Shown piece by piece: positions 26,224 to 41,043 of a stretch of 64,000 bases of DNA. The notes beneath the pieces are model-generated. The model was given only the letters and a program-made list of their open reading frames with translations. It ran no database searches and was not told the DNA's origin. The DNA is from Octopus sinensis (Eukaryota), in the NCBI RefSeq assembly GCF_006345805.1, contig NC_043010.1, forward strand, positions 49,786,001 through 49,850,000. Reading direction: 5' to 3'. The translations under genes and the position numbers were made by a program. The stretch's first letter is position 1. Each line of letters opens with the position of its first letter.

Positions 26224-26807
26224 AAGTTTAGAATCATTCCATTCAGGACATTGCAGAACAAAAATCAACTTAAAGTGATGTAAATAGAATAACATGTTCA
26301 TTCTAACTGTAACAGAATTGTTTCAATATTATTTTTAACTACCTTTTTACCTTGTTTAAAATGAAAGACAATCAAAATTGGGCATAATCTCACTTCAGTT
26401 TGGTTGTTTTCACAGTTTTGCAAATAATAACTTATAAAACTTGTCTAAATTCAATTGATATTTCTTTATGCAAAACATACAGAAGTGGTGTTTATTTTTA
26501 TATAAGTGGCTTAGTAACTAATTGAAACTGTTCATTCTAACTATTAAGCTGTTCTCTTTGATAGCTTAGCTGTAAAGCACATGCTACAGTTTCAAATTCA
26601 TGTATCAAATTAGAATATTTAGTTCTATTATCGGCATAGTGAAGCCATTAATGACAAAATAAACATATTTATCCTGTTTCTTCTGAATTACTCCACAATT
26701 ACATAGTCCTTTAACTACCAATTAGAGTAAAAATAAGTTTTGTTTTCAGTTTTGATCTATTTTGCTCTGTGTATGTGTGCCTACATATATACATACACAC
26801 ACACCAC

Positions 26808-26839
<32 letters not shown>

Positions 26840-27439
26840 GTTTTTAATCTATGGAAGAATAGTTTAGTACTCATAGTTTATGAAGATCTGGCTAGATAGG
26901 AAAATGGGAAGTTTGAAAAGTTCATTTGGTGAATATTTGAGCAGAAGGCATCAAAGGACAGTAATTGGCAGAGACAACATGGGTGATTTAGGGATGGACT
27001 TGTTCTGACTAATGCAACTGTCTAGGAAGAGACAGTGTGGAGAGGTTGGATGGTAAGGTGCAGCGAACAGTTTGATTAGTGGTGAAGTAAAAATAGCAAA
27101 AGATCTTTGTAATGATAGCAGAACAAACAAAAAAAAAAAAGAAGAAAAAAGAGCAAAAGAAAAAAAAAAGCTTATTACATTTAACCTTGTTTACAATTTA
27201 AAATAATTGTGTCTAAAGTATTTTATTTATTTTGTTATTATTCTCAGTCTTTTAAAGTCCACTAAAGAAAATGTCAGGCAAATTTGTTTGATCTATTGTG
27301 TTGTATTGTAGAGAAAATTAATTGTTATTCATGTGAAGTGGACTGAGTGGGAATAAGTAATACTTGGTTCTTACTATTGACAAACAATTATTAATTTATG
27401 AGAGCCTCATTATGACCTACAGACTGGCTCATTATTGAT

Positions 27440-27760
27440 TGAAGAAGCCATTGAGGTTGTTTTCTCAGCAGTCTGAAAAATGTTTATAGCTTAAGATTTG
27501 GAGTAGCTGTGATGTTTGTGTAAGAATTTGTTGCATATGAAAGGTCTCTGGTTGAATGTGCTTTATGAAAATCAAGGCGGCTGATAATTCGTAATGATGT
27601 ATTTGCTTGGGTGGGAACGAGAATAACAAGATGTTAGTTGAATGTTGTGGATTATATAACAGAATGTTAAAGTTGACTTGTGTTGCAAGATCATGTTATG
27701 ACTACAGAGGCTTAATGCAAAGGAGCTTGGAGGTTTGTTACAAACCTTGTCTCATATACG
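27440..27760 (-). pseudogene. Possible very old CR1/L2 3' relic
   Basis: The minus-strand translation loosely resembles the RT C-terminus (LQH....LTFCYIIH...). Confidence 0.25.
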
Positions 27761-29492
27761 TTTATGGACTGCAGGTGTAATTGTGCAGATGTCTTCACTT
27801 TTGGTGTTACATAACTGTCTACTCAGCCATAGATATGAATGGTTGCTTATTGTAACAGTTTGACTGAATTGTTTTTCAATTTCATCTACATACACACACA
27901 CACATTTAGATGTACCAATATGCAAAAGAGTAGTACTCTTTACATTGTTTATTTTATATCATATTTTATGAATGTTAGTATCAATGATCACTAAACACAA
28001 AGGATGTACTTTTGAGCTATTGCAAAGACAGGGCAAAGTTTTTGTTAAAATAAATTTTAATTATATAATGAGCTTGCTAATACCAACTAAAGATAATTGT
28101 CTCAGGTGGAAAATTGTACCATTCAAAATGGATTTTAATAGTTTTGTCTTGACTTCTCTCAGTGGCATCAGAGGGCACTGAAAAAATATCACTTTCCCAC
28201 TACTTATTGATGAGTGCCATAGGCAAGTTTCCACCCTTTGACAATACTTGTGTGAAATTTTCAGCAGCTACAGAGTAAATCATTGACTATAGATGATTGT
28301 ATGTGTCTTTTCCTGTTTTCTGTGATATAAAATGTGCGCGCACACACACACACAGAGGCTTGGCTATGTAATTAAGAAGTTCACTTCTCAGCTACATGGT
28401 ATTTGGTACCTTGGCCATGTGTTGTCCCAGACCAGCAATGCTTTGTGAGTGAATTTGGTTCATAGAATCTGTATAAAATCCTTTGTGTGTGAATGTTTAT
28501 GTTCTACTTCTCATAGCAGTGATCTACATAGGGTGAAGTTTTATCATTTTCTGGCTTTAAATCATCTGCTAGCTCCATGCTTTCAAAGACATGCAGAACA
28601 AGAGAAAAAAATCCATCACACTCTTCAGAAGACTGCTAGGGATTAGGAACAAGAAGGGCTTCCAGCTGTAAACAATGCTTCAGTAATCAGCTATTCTAGC
28701 ATGAGAAAACAGATGTCGAATGAATGAAGAAGTGTGTGTAAATGTTTACATTCTGTACACTTTGCACGAAAAACTGCTGAGCTGCAAGCAGTGAAGTCTG
28801 TTGTCATTTCCCCATCAAGACAGCTTCTGCTGGTTCTCTGATCTCTTAGACATGTTGAAGGTCGAGTGGGGATGGATAATAGTTAGCAACGGGAAGAGCA
28901 TCCAGCATTGAAATAATAAATCAGTAATGCATGTTTGTTTAAGCCACGTTAGCAGAGAGAAAAAGCAGTGTAAAATGAATGAAAGCCGTCAAATATGTGT
29001 GTGTGTGTAAATGTATATGTATGTAGATATGTACATGTATGTATGTACATGTATGAATGCACGTGACACAGACGCACACACTGGGCACCCACATGGTGTT
29101 TATTGACCAAATTCTACTCACAAAGCTTTGGTCAGCCTTTCCATTGTTCCATGCAGTGGAGTTAAGCCTGAAACAGTGTGGCTGGAAAGTAAACTTCTTA
29201 TCCACACAGTTTGCACCCATGCTGTAGAGTTTAATTATTTATTCTAAGCTGATAATTCACTCTCATATACTATTCAGCCTCTCACAATATGTTAACCTTC
29301 ACATAGCACAGAGATGAAGCTTTCTGTAATCTGAAATATTAGAGAAACTCTAAGTAGCAATGAATGAATCATTAGTTTTATATATGTGTATATATATATA
29401 TAAGGTAAACTTACTTGGAAATGGGTACATGGTGTTCAGTCATATATATAGATATATATACATATATATATGTGTGTATGTATGTATATATA

Positions 29493-29550
<58 letters not shown>

Positions 29551-29748
29551 GTACAGGACATCACAAAATGTAAACAACAGGAAATACGAAGTCGAATTTT
29601 GGTATGTGAACAATGGGGGAGACAAATGGAAAACAAGACAAGTAACATAAAAAAAACTACCCCTCATCAGTTGTCGGTTGTCCATCTTGCTCCTTATTTT
29701 GAGCATTACAGGTAATGCAGATATCTTCCCTGTGTGTCTAGGTCGAGT

Positions 29749-29980
29749 TTAACCCTTTAGCTTTCAGACTGGCCATATCAGGCCCAAATATTCTTATTGT
29801 TTAATGTTAAAACTGACCAAATCAGGCCTCTCACACCTACTATGTAATGTTATTTAAAAAAAAATAAGCAATCACATCATTTGAAATCTGAAAGCTATAA
29901 GATAATGTATGATAAATTTAAAACAATGTGAATAAACACACCTTACATTTGACAGAGTAATCTGAATGCTAAATGGTTAA
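29749..29980 (-). mobile_element. TTAA MITE family 1, reverse orientation
   Basis: TTAA at both ends; the body is the reverse complement of the family. Confidence 0.88.
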
Positions 29981-31320
29981 TATTTTGATTTCGTTCTGTT
30001 AAATGGTTGCCGATGGATCTGATAACTGTGTACTACCTCTTCACATCATCATCTTCATTTTAATGTCCACTTTTCCATGTTTGCATGAGTAAGACAGAAT
30101 TCTATTGAGGCAGATTTTTCTACTACCAGATGTCCTCCCTGTTGCCAACCCTTACCCGTTTCTTCCCCGTAGCCAGACAATGTTTTCATGGAATATTGGA
30201 AGTAAGTCGCATTCATTCACAACAATCACGTGATATCAAGACTAGGAGACACAAACATACATATATATGTATATGTTGGGTTTCTTATAGTTTACATCTA
30301 CTAAATCCACTCACAAGGATTTTATCAGCCTTGGGCCTAAGTAGAAGATACTTGCCCAAATTGCTACACAGTGAGACTGAACTCAGAACCATGTAGTTAG
30401 AATGTAACCTCTTACCACACATCCACACTGGCACCTCTTATAGTATAAAAAGCATTGTATTGTATAGCATATTTGTTGTGGTTACTATTAGAGAAGATTG
30501 GAACCTGCTTAGTACTGAAATAATTTACAGTGAATCTGATGTATTGGTAAACTAGTGTCACATTCTTTTTATTTTTGTCCAAATGCAAGTAGTTCTTGGT
30601 TTGCATTTATTTGGAGTTTTTTGTTGTTGTTATTGTTGTTCTTTGTTTATTAGATATTTGTTCTTTTGTGTGTAAATGACATGGACCTGGGGCATGTTGG
30701 TGACATTGTATAGAATATCTGATAAGAGGTGTTTACTTGTAATATGGAGTGGGTTTGTTTGGTGCAAACAGTTAATCTGTCCTTGTGGAACCTGAATGCT
30801 AATTTGTATGAAACTGCAGTTATGACGTAAGAGGATATCATTGGTTGTCAACTTAGGAAGTGTTGCTTAATCATGGTTACAGTGACATCATGCATTTTGA
30901 TGTTGAAATAAATATGTGGGTGGTAAGGTTTTCTTTCTTTTTTTTTAAAGAGAAACACTGGCTTATGGGAGTTTTTGTTATTAAATAATATCATAGTGAG
31001 GCCTTCTATTCCAAAGAGAGAACCAGTTGGACAGATATTATTTGTGCAACCCTTTTATAAAAACACTTAGGCATAGTCATGCAACGCTTGCAACAATCCA
31101 TGTGTGGTGCTATTTTGAAGATATTGTGAACTTGTTAACTGTGGAATATGTAACAGAGGCTTCAACTGTTCCACAGATGATGCCTATTATATCAATAAAA
31201 CAGCAACTCATTTGAGAAATGTTCAAGTCACTACAGTCTACTTGGTTCTGAGTTGTCAATGGTTTCTATTACAACTAATAATAATATTGTTAATAAGCAA
31301 TTCAAACCAGTTCAAGTTCA

Positions 31321-31353
<33 letters not shown>

Positions 31354-32421
31354 CAAACACACACACACATATACATGCACGTGTGCACACACATATATGT
31401 TATAAAGGAGGAGGATGTAACTTTACAAAGAGCATATTCATCACTAAAATAGTGTTCTGAGATACTCATTTTACATACCTCAAGTTAAAGAATGAGAAAA
31501 CCATAGCTTGTTACATAAAATATTAGCCATTAAGAAAAGGAAAGGGAGTTTCTTTGATATAAAGAAAAAGACAATTTTTTTTATTACAAAAGAAATTTAG
31601 GTTTGATTTATTCTGGTTTTAAGTGCCATAAAAATGTTACTGTGACTTTTGTTTTGCATTTTGTTTCATACTTAAATCTCCATTGTAGCCAAGCTTCTTG
31701 GAGAGATTCTTTGACTTACACAATGTAGTAGTTAAATATCTTCCAACAAACAACCTGTCTTAATCTTTAGATAACAATGACTCTGCTCAGCTAACATCTA
31801 CTGAAGCCGTCCAACAGTTAGAAATATTGCATTTGCATGCTTGTTTTCTGGATGCAAAATATTAACTTGATTTGTTCTTTTTAATATTTTTGTGGCTGTG
31901 TGCATATTGTCTTTGTCATCATCATCTCTTTTTTATGTCTTCTTCCCATGCTGACATAGTTGGATGGTTTATCACAGTCTAAACCTGTTCTTGTAAAAAG
32001 TCACTCTTAGGACTGAGTTTCTAGCTCCACACAGACCAAGTTTCTATGGCTGGATGTCATTCTTAATGCCAACTACTTTACACCTTAAAGGGTGTATTGA
32101 GTGCATTTTACAATGGTACCAGCATAAAGAATCCTCTTGACCCATTCATTTGGCAGCCACTTTATAGAGAGTTGTGGGTACAATTTGCCATTGTGCCAGC
32201 TCTAGAATGGTCTACCTTGTCTCCTTGGCAGTCTGAGTCCTTTCTTTGCATTTTTTTCTTTTGTCCAAGGCGATGTCAAAATTCCCAAAAGTTACTCAGT
32301 GCGTTCCCTGCCCACTGGATGCTTTGAAATTTTATTCATTATCTGTCTTGTTTATGTCTTTCTTAGCTACATTCTACTATCTATAGATTTTTAAGCAACA
32401 CTGTGTATATTGACAGATGTA

Positions 32422-33608
32422 TTGGGTTATCCCATAAATAAATAAGTTTTTTTTTTTTATATTTCTTTTATTTTTCAAAATTAAGATGACCAAAGTTTTT
32501 TTTAAACTAAAATATACTCTCCTTCATTTTCTACAATGCTCTTCCATCTATCTGGTAGACTTGCAAGGTCCCTCTTCCAAAATTCACTTGTCCTTGATGA
32601 AAAATACTCTTCTAGTACTGTTCTGACCTCGTCTACAGAATTCATATTTTTTCCATCCAAATGATTTTGAAGACTGCGGAATAAATGATTATCAGATGAG
32701 TCAATGTCTGGTGAATATGGTGTGTGGGGCATCATTTCTCATTTAAACTTCTCCAGCCTTTGGAATGTCATCCTCGCTGTATGTGACCAAGCATTATCCC
32801 AATGGAAGAACAACTTTTGTCTTGAAACCAAGCACTGACTTAAGCTGGTTGCAGTAGCGCTCCTTTGTTATCATTTGGTTTGTTTAAAAGTTCAAAGTGG
32901 ACTAAACCTTTCACATGGGGTGCTGGTATTTCTCCTTTCCCTACTCACTGTTTTCAGCACTTGACATTTTATAGAGAACCCATTTCTTGACACCAGTCAC
33001 TATTCAGTCCAAAAAAAGGTTCATTCATGAAACTTGACAGCAAAGTAGAGCACACATTCACTCTCTGCGCACACAGTTAGACTCAGAAAGTTTGTGAGGA
33101 ACCCATTGACCCAATTTGCTGACTTTTCTGATGGCACGCAGTTGTCAATGAATGGTTGAATGACCAAATATAAGCTTCTCTGGTAGTTCCTGAACAGTTA
33201 CAGTGGGATTTTGTTCCATCAGGGTTTGCAGGACTTCCTTGCCGAGCTCTACAGATCTTCCAAGACGCTTCTTGGCTGTAGTTTCTATCACTGAATTGAC
33301 ACAGGTTTACACTTACTGTCTGATTCCTGTATACTGCATTAATATTCCTTGCATCTTCTGTTGTGTTGTTGCCTTTATTGAATTCATAAAGCAAAATATG
33401 CCGAATGTGCTCCTTTGTCACTTCCATTATAGCTTTGAGAAAAATAACTTAAAATCAAACTGCACTCTTCAAAACTTGCACTGAGAATAAATGCAAGGTA
33501 CAATTACTACCTGCTTTTATAGCAGGTTGATGCAGGTCGTCTATCCTGTTCCCCTCTGACTTTTGGTTCATGAAATTGAAAAAGCACATTATTTATGGGA
33601 TGACCCAA
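32422..33608 (-). mobile_element. Decayed mariner transposon (~1.19 kb)
   Basis: TIRs TTGGGTTATCCCATAAATAA / TTATTTATGGGATGACCCAA; left TA target at 32420-32421. Confidence 0.93.
32502..33427 (-). pseudogene. Frameshifted mariner transposase
   Basis: MEVTKEHIRHILLYEFNKG N-terminus, KLGQWVPHKLS (WVPHEL motif) after a frameshift, and HTPYSPDIDSSDNHLFRSLQNHL...GEY (YSPDLAPSDY motif). Confidence 0.93.
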
Positions 33609-34431
33609 TGCTTCCTCTTTGTATATATTTGTAGAGAATATTTTCTTTCAGTATCTGAAATGTATTCATAACATAGCATACCCTTGTTCTATTTTTTATT
33701 TTTTCCTTTTCTCTGCTCTTTGTAGCTTACTCACTAGTTTCAGGGCGTGGTGCCACCCAGCTTGGGAACCACTGCTGAAAATGTTCTAATTAGTACAAAA
33801 CCTTTAAAGTATTTGGTCCACAGCATTCATATTCATGGCTTGTAGAGCATTAGAGTTGTTTGGTGTTTATGAGGAGGGGAGCCAATTAACTAGTGAATCT
33901 AGAAATAAAGTTTTTTTTAGAATACAACAGACATTTAGAACTACACATGATACCTATATACTACATAATGTGTGAATCAACCACATTTACATGTAAAAAC
34001 ATACTATTTTTAAATCAATACTGTTGATGTCAAGAAAACATAAATGAAATACTAAACTGACAACTTTTTTCTTTATTCTTTTATTCATTCCCCCAATTTC
34101 TCTAATTTATGCAGGTGTCAGTTTCTAACATTGAGAATTAACTTCCCATCCTTGAAGTTTTACTGAGAAATGGTACCAGTCAGATCTTAGGAGAACATTT
34201 TGCCTCAAGTTACCAGACTAAATTTAATGTCTTGCTTTTATGTTTTTTTATTATGCTAATAGTCCCAACATTTCAAGGTTACTGCTTTATTATTTAGTCA
34301 TGTATTTATTTCACTGCTTAATATTATTAGTTACTCAAACGTAAATTAATAAGCAAAGTTTATGTATAAAGCTATGGTTTCTAAGAGTGTATGCACATGT
34401 AAATATGGTATGTGTGTGTGTGTATATATAA

Positions 34432-34730
34432 GTGGAGGCGCAATGGCCCAGTGTTTAGGGCAGCGGATTCGCGGTCGTAGGATCGCGGTTTCGATTCCCA
34501 GACCGGGCGTTGTGAGTGTTTATTGAGCGAAAACACCTAATTCTCCACGAGGCTCTGGCAGGAGGTGGCGGCGATCCCTGCTGTACTATTTCGCCACAAC
34601 TTTCTCTCACTCTTTTTTCTGTTGGCCTGCTCGCTTAGCCAGCGGGGTGGCATTATTTGAAGGCTAAAACAATGCGTAGCACATTGTGACCAGCGATGTG
34701 TAACAACATCTGATAGCCTGGGCGGTCACG

Positions 34731-34734
<4 letters not shown>
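34432..34734 (+). mobile_element. tRNA-derived SINE with the same head as 19855 but a different 3' half
   Basis: Near-identical to 19855 through ...ctttctctcactct, then diverges. Confidence 0.85.
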
Positions 34735-34776
<42 letters not shown>

Positions 34777-34780
<4 letters not shown>

Positions 34781-34938
34781 TAGGAGTGGCTGTGTGGTAA
34801 GTAGGTTGCTTACCAACCACATGTTTTCCGGTTCAGTCCCACTGCGTGGCACCTTGGGTAGATGTCTTCTACTATAGCCTCAGGCCAACCAAAGACTTGT
34901 GAGTGGATTTGGTAGACAGAAACTGAAAGAAGCCCATC

Positions 34939-34973
<35 letters not shown>

Positions 34974-35195
34974 TATATTTGCGTGTGTGTGTGTTTTTGT
35001 ATATCTGTGTCCCCCCAACATCACTTGATAACCGATGCTGGTGTGTTTACGTTCCCGTAACTTAGTGACTCAGCAAAAGAGACCGGTGGAATAAGTACTA
35101 GGCTTACAAAGAATAACCCTGGGGGTCGATTTGCTCGACTAAAAAGGTGGTGCTCCAGCATGGCCACAGTCAAATGACTGAAACAAGTAAAAGAG
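34777..35195 (+). mobile_element. Full-length SINE with CORE-like centre and internal (TA)n/(TG)n
   Basis: gcgtaggagtggctgtgtggtaag...ggttcagtcccactgcgtggcaccttggg...gtcaaatgactgaaacaagtaaaagag; many partial copies in the window. Confidence 0.88.
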
Positions 35196-35255
35196 TATAT
35201 ATATATTTATATATATATATACTCTTTGTGTATATGTATGTGTACTGTGTGTATG

Positions 35256-35303
<48 letters not shown>

Positions 35304-37799
35304 CATACACACACATAATAAATATAATGTATATGTTGAGATGTGCATGCACATGTGTGAAAACTGGTTCTGAAAAGAAACTAATAAATGAATTTACTGT
35401 TGATAAATGGGATTGGATGAAACTTGTCTGCTATAGGTCAAAAGTTGAATCATGTCCTCTGGAGCTCCTCCACTAAATGCTAGTGGTGGTGGCTAGAGTA
35501 ATTTGCAGTTTGTTTAAACTCTAGTGACACTACTACTGTAGCTGTTTGGCCTCATCATTCCAGCTACTGTGTGTGTATGTATGTGTGTGTGTGTGTGTGT
35601 GTGCAGGGTTTTATCTCTCTCCAATGAAAACAATGTAAGCCAACTTTTAGTTATAGGTCAAGGCTCTCTATACTTAAACAATCCCTCTGCTGACTCACAC
35701 CCAGTCACTAACAAGTACACTTAAAACAAGCTGCTTTTTAAAAATTTTTATTGTTTATTTTGTATTATATTTTTTGTCATTTATTTATTTATTTATTTTA
35801 AATATCTTAGCCAACTAAAACACATTGCAAAATGTTCATTAACTGATACTCAGCATTCATCATCTAATTGTATAGTGTTTACTGCTAAGTTACTATTCCT
35901 TCTACTATCAGTATGTTAGTAATAAAACACACACCCACATGCTTCCTTCTCTCTTCCCACTTCCCAGGGTTTTTTTTATTCCTCTTTTTCCTGTTATGCC
36001 TCTATTATCCCAGTACTTTCTCACAGTTCTCTCTCTCTCTGTTTTATTTCCAATAATTATATTTTTTCTCTTCTTTTTGTATGGGTTATATTAGCTCCTT
36101 TACTTTGTCTAGTACTTGTTGTAGCAACCTCAATCTGGCCCTCTGTTTCCAGTAAAGGAAAGGCAAAATCTGTGGATATAAAGTGTCATAGCTAAATACC
36201 ACAAGATGTCTTTGTTTTCCCCCTCCTGGCCACAAATTGTGACATCTCCCACCAACCAGTATGTACACACACAATGAGTAGTTATTGTGTACCAAATTTG
36301 ACTCACAAAGCTATGGTGAATGTCATTTTCCTAAAATATTGCACACACTGAAATTGAACCCAGAACCATGTACTTCAATGGTCATGCACAGATTTAAATG
36401 CATCATCATGTTTTCCTAGTAGAAAATTGGCCTTCATTGACTTGAGATTTCACATGGTTGTTTGTTGAATAATCTCAGTTTTGCTCTAGTTAAACTTCTT
36501 TACATTGTTAGTTCCGATCCTGCTGAAGTTGACTCTACCTTTCATACCTCGAAGGGTTAAAAATCTCTTCTTTGTAAAAAAAAAAAAAAAAAAAAATCTC
36601 CAGCCCTGTGTCCTAAAAAAGGTAATTTTCTATGGAAAATGTTGAGATCATTTAGTTTAGATGTTTCCACAAGTTGCAATTTACATAGATCTCATTTACA
36701 ACTTGAACAATTACAATTTGTCATTAGACCAATAATTTTTACTAATTTCCAGATTTGATAAGTCAATAAAGCATCCCTTACATGGTGGCTCTACTTGCTA
36801 GATATAGCAGCTAAATCTCCTTTAATCCATGTCCTAATGTTTAAAAAAACTCTGGATGCACTGGATAATAAAATAGACTGGGGATACATTGCCCCCAAAA
36901 TATAAAGAATGTATGGTTATAGCTGGAATGTTTTTTTATCTTACATAGGTTTGTTGACTGAAGGCTGACAGCATCCAAATCTGTTGAATAAGCATAAAAC
37001 AAATCACATGTCAAAATATTTAAAATGACAAAGACAAGAAACATTGACACTCAACTGTTTAGCCCCAGATGTTTAGAGGTGTCTGTTTGCAAGAGAGGAT
37101 GTGCTATTTATCTAGAGTTGATACTGTTTATCGACTAATAAATGTTGTCAGTTTATCTATTTAATCTCCCTCTTAATTGGAGTTACAGCAGTCTGAGCTT
37201 AATTTCATCCATGAAGGCCATCGAGATTATCACTAATTTGAAATAGGATTTGCCTTAAATGGTATTTGATCTACTCAAAATACCTTTACCATAAGTAATC
37301 TGTGAGAAAAGCCACTAAAACATTTATATAAAATTTCATGTTCCTTCTCTTCAGACATAAGTTTTAATGCTCTTTCAAAATAATAAAAAAAAAAGAATAT
37401 CACTAAGCGCTAAACAAACAAAACTTGCCATGCATGCATATGTCTAATTGTTTACACGGATATAAGATTATATCGTCATCACCACTTATCACATCCACTT
37501 TTCCATGCTATGCATGGATTACATAGAATCCATTGAGGCAAAGCTTCCATTGCAGGATGCCCTCCCTTCCTGACATTAACTCTCGTCTATCTCTTAAGTG
37601 GGGAGACATGTTTATATGGACCATTGGAAGCTGATGACACAGCTTGTATAATGTTGATTGGCTTACAACCATCACATCATCACATGATGTCAAAACAAAG
37701 GGACACACAATATATACACACACGTGTGTGTGTATGAGTGGGTTTACTCAGAAGTTCACGTATGTGGACAACTGCCAAACACCCTCTCCTCACCCCCAA

Positions 37800-37995
37800 A
37801 AGATTAGGAGAAGGAGAATAACACCCCTTTTCAACCTAGAAGTTTCCACCAAAGTATCTAGGGGGCTTCCTGTCATTAAGAAACACTTCTCTAGGGGCCA
37901 TAAATATTACAAACTCTTCAATCCCCATAATATCAAGGTGAGCTACTCCTGCTTAGACAACATCACATCTAACGTTGCATGCATCAACAGATGTA
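37800..37995 (+). pseudogene. Penelope-like element relic (RT to GIY-YIG linker)
   Basis: RRITPLFNLEVSTKVSRG...IKKHFSRGHKYYKLFNPHNIKVSYSCLDN matches the PLE pattern WFNPP.S.NV.T.IG..FL.LI.KHFP..H..HKIFN...VK.SYSC..N. Confidence 0.75.
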
Positions 37996-38110
37996 AAAAT
38001 GCACCCACACCACCCCCAACCCTAACCACCGAAATGCCAGCATGTGCCCACTGGAAGGATCTTGTCTTTCAAGTTGGTTTAGCGCCCTTCTTTCGTTTGT
38101 CCACTAACTC

Positions 38111-38164
<54 letters not shown>

Positions 38165-38432
38165 GAGTCTGGCAGCGGCCACGATCAGTTGGTGCTTTTA
38201 ATGGTGGCACGTTAAAGGCACCAACCGATTGTGGCTGCTGCCAGACTCCCCTGGCACATAAAAAGCACCCACTACACTCACGGAGTGGTTGGCGTTAGGA
38301 AGGGCATCCAGCTGTAGAAACACTGTCAGATCAGACTGGAGCCTGGTTCATCCTCCTAGCTTCCCAGACCCTGGTCGAACTGTGCCACCCATGCTAGCGC
38401 AGAAAACGGACATTAAACGATGATGATGATGA
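38165..38432 (+). mobile_element. RTE-type 3' tail with (GAT)n end
   Basis: ...aaaaagcacccactacactc..gagtggttggcgttaggaagggcatccagctg...aacggacattaaacgatgatgatgat. Confidence 0.8.
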
Positions 38433-38794
38433 TATATATATGAGGGCTTCTCTTTGATTTTCTTCTACCAGGTTCTCACAAGTCTTAAGTTGGCCCAAGG
38501 CTATTATAGTAGAAGGCTTTGCCCAAAGTGCCACACAGTAGCATGTAGTTGGGAAGCTAACTACTTACCACATAGCCATGGTTGTGAGTGAATGTCATTA
38601 TCAGGCAAATAGTGTCATTTGTTTCCTGTCTTCCATGAAAACACATCTGACTAAGGGAAAAGTTCTACCTTACTTGGTAACAGATAACGATCCATGTCAG
38701 AAATGGCATCTGACTAGAAAATCTGCCTCACAGATTGTCTGATCCACATGGGTACAGGCAAGAATTTCAAAACAGCACTTGTTACCCTCATACT

Positions 38795-39077
38795 TTAACC
38801 CCTTAGCATTCACATTGTTTTGAATTAATCATGCATTCGCTGCTATAACCACTAGGCCATGTGCCTCCACTCCACTGTCAAATATAATGCTTATTTATTC
38901 ACATTGTTTTGAATTAGTCATGCATCATTTTGTAGCTTTGAGATTTCAATGATGTCATTCTTTACATTTAGAATGACATTGTAAGGCTGGTGTAAGAGGC
39001 CAAGTCTGTCAAGTTTTAACATAAAACAGGTAGAATATTGAAGTTGGATATGGCCAGTTTAAATGCTAAAGGGTTAA
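38795..39077 (+). mobile_element. TTAA MITE family 1 with internal duplication
   Basis: TTAA ends; ttcacattgttttgaatta(a/g)tcatgca occurs twice. Confidence 0.85.
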
Positions 39078-40157
39078 GGAATGAATATTCCTAGGAAGAA
39101 AATTTTACTATCAAATAACTTCATGAATCGTTGGGAGGTCTCTATATTATGGCTTGACTTGCTGGGAATAGCCACCAAGCCTCCTTCAAATTAAACCCTA
39201 CCATCTTCAAAGAAGGAAGCAGACAGACTGATGTAGTTCTAGATACAATGTCTTAGAAAAGACAGGATAGCTATGACTGGATTGCCTTTGATATTTGATG
39301 TATAATGCAAGTAATCATAAACCTTTTCAACTGAATGACAAATCAGTAACCATGCATTATAAATGTTAGATTTCTGCGTGTATTATGGAGATGCAATAAA
39401 AAGCGTGGAGGCTTGAAAGCTGGATGATGCAAGCTTTGATAAGTTTTTTTTCTTTTTTCTTCTTAGTAACTAACCAATACCAGTGAAAAATAATAATGTG
39501 TGTGTTGCCAAGGCTAATGTGTCCTTCAAATACATCAATCGTCAATATCTTGTTTGTTTAAATTTTCTATCTGGCTGTTAGCAATGATCACTTCTGCATT
39601 AGTATTCCATTAATTGCTCCCCACTGTGTTATAATTAATTCCCATGATGAAGCAATTATTTTACCATGACAGATTATTTTATTTTGAACAGATATCATTT
39701 TAAACAGCAATTTTAGCATAAATTTTACTTGAAATCACTAATCTGTGATGATGTCCTTATAGTTATTTTATTTATTTTTTTGATTGACAAACTTTTATAG
39801 TCTAAATCATGTAATTATTTACACATATTAGCAGTGGTGATGTTGGTTTGTCAGTTCTGCATAAATAGTTAGCTCTTGATTTTTAAAACAGCTAGAAAGG
39901 GAACTGAATTAGGTTCTATTAATCCTTTTTCTGACCATGAAATAATACACAGCATGTGTATTTCAATTAATTTCAAAAATAATCAAGAATTTATAAAATA
40001 GCTTTTTTTTTTAATTAATTAATTAAACTGGTCTTTGAAATGCCACTTAACAAAAAAGTTCTTGTATAAAATCATAAAGGAAGGTTTTTAAATATAAATA
40101 CTTTCAAAGGTTTGGCATAATAAAGCTAGAGTTTTGTGTGGGGTTGTATCTGAAGAG

Positions 40158-40337
40158 TTAACCTTTTTGATACCAACCTGCTTGAAACTGCCCCAGGTTC
40201 TACAATAGTCTGCTTGTTTTAAAGTAGCCTAAATTAAAACCATCAAAATTTCTATTTATTTTATGTTCCAAACACCAGCTTAATAATGACATGAAGGTAT
40301 ATATTTCAAAAAACAAATTATGGCATCAAGAGGTTAA
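40158..40337. mobile_element. TTAA MITE family 2
   Basis: TTAA-CCTTTTTGATACC ... GGCATCAAGAGG-TTAA; a reverse-oriented relative lies at 60037-60353. Confidence 0.75.
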
Positions 40338-40945
40338 ATAAGCTTGTTTAGATCTTGTGGTATTATTGTTCTGAGTTTTAAATACATGTGGCAGTTTTCA
40401 TAATTCATAGTGGGTTTCTTAGCATCAATACTATTTTTCTTTTTTTCTAAGTAGTACCCGAGTCATTCCTCCTCACTGTCTCTCACAAATTTGGCCTTGT
40501 GTTTCAGAAAGAAAACAATATTTGTCTGTAATAAATCCTCTAAATTGCAATGCCTCACCGACTCCTGGACCTACATATTGACATTTTGAAAATAATACTA
40601 TTTATCTTGTTCAGGCCATTTTGTAATTTGATTCAGAACAAAAAGCAAGTACACTGTAAACATATAACTGAAGTTTGTTTGAAATATTTTGTTTCCTTGT
40701 CATGATTGAATGTAAACAGATGCTTTGAAAGCTGATCTTAGTAGTGTGTTGTTCATTCATAACTTTTTTTTCTTCTTTCTCATAGTATCATTTTCCATCT
40801 CTTTTCTGACCATTTATTTAAAGATTTGTAAATTTAGTGGCAAAGAAAGCTAGAAAAACTTGTAGCTATATCAGAAATATTTATTCTATATCTTTGCATT
40901 AATTTGGGTGATAGGTTTGTTTCAAACAGTTTCCATATTTTTTTC

Positions 40946-41043
<98 letters not shown>

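Noticed and set aside
29635-29675. GACAA-CTGATGA-GGGG...TTGTC on the minus strand
   Set aside because: Stem I-like pairing, but no GAAA or stem II partner.
36060-36192. Signal-peptide-like frame (WVILAPLLCLVLVVATS...)
   Set aside because: No start codon or acceptor; hydrophobicity is explained by T-richness.
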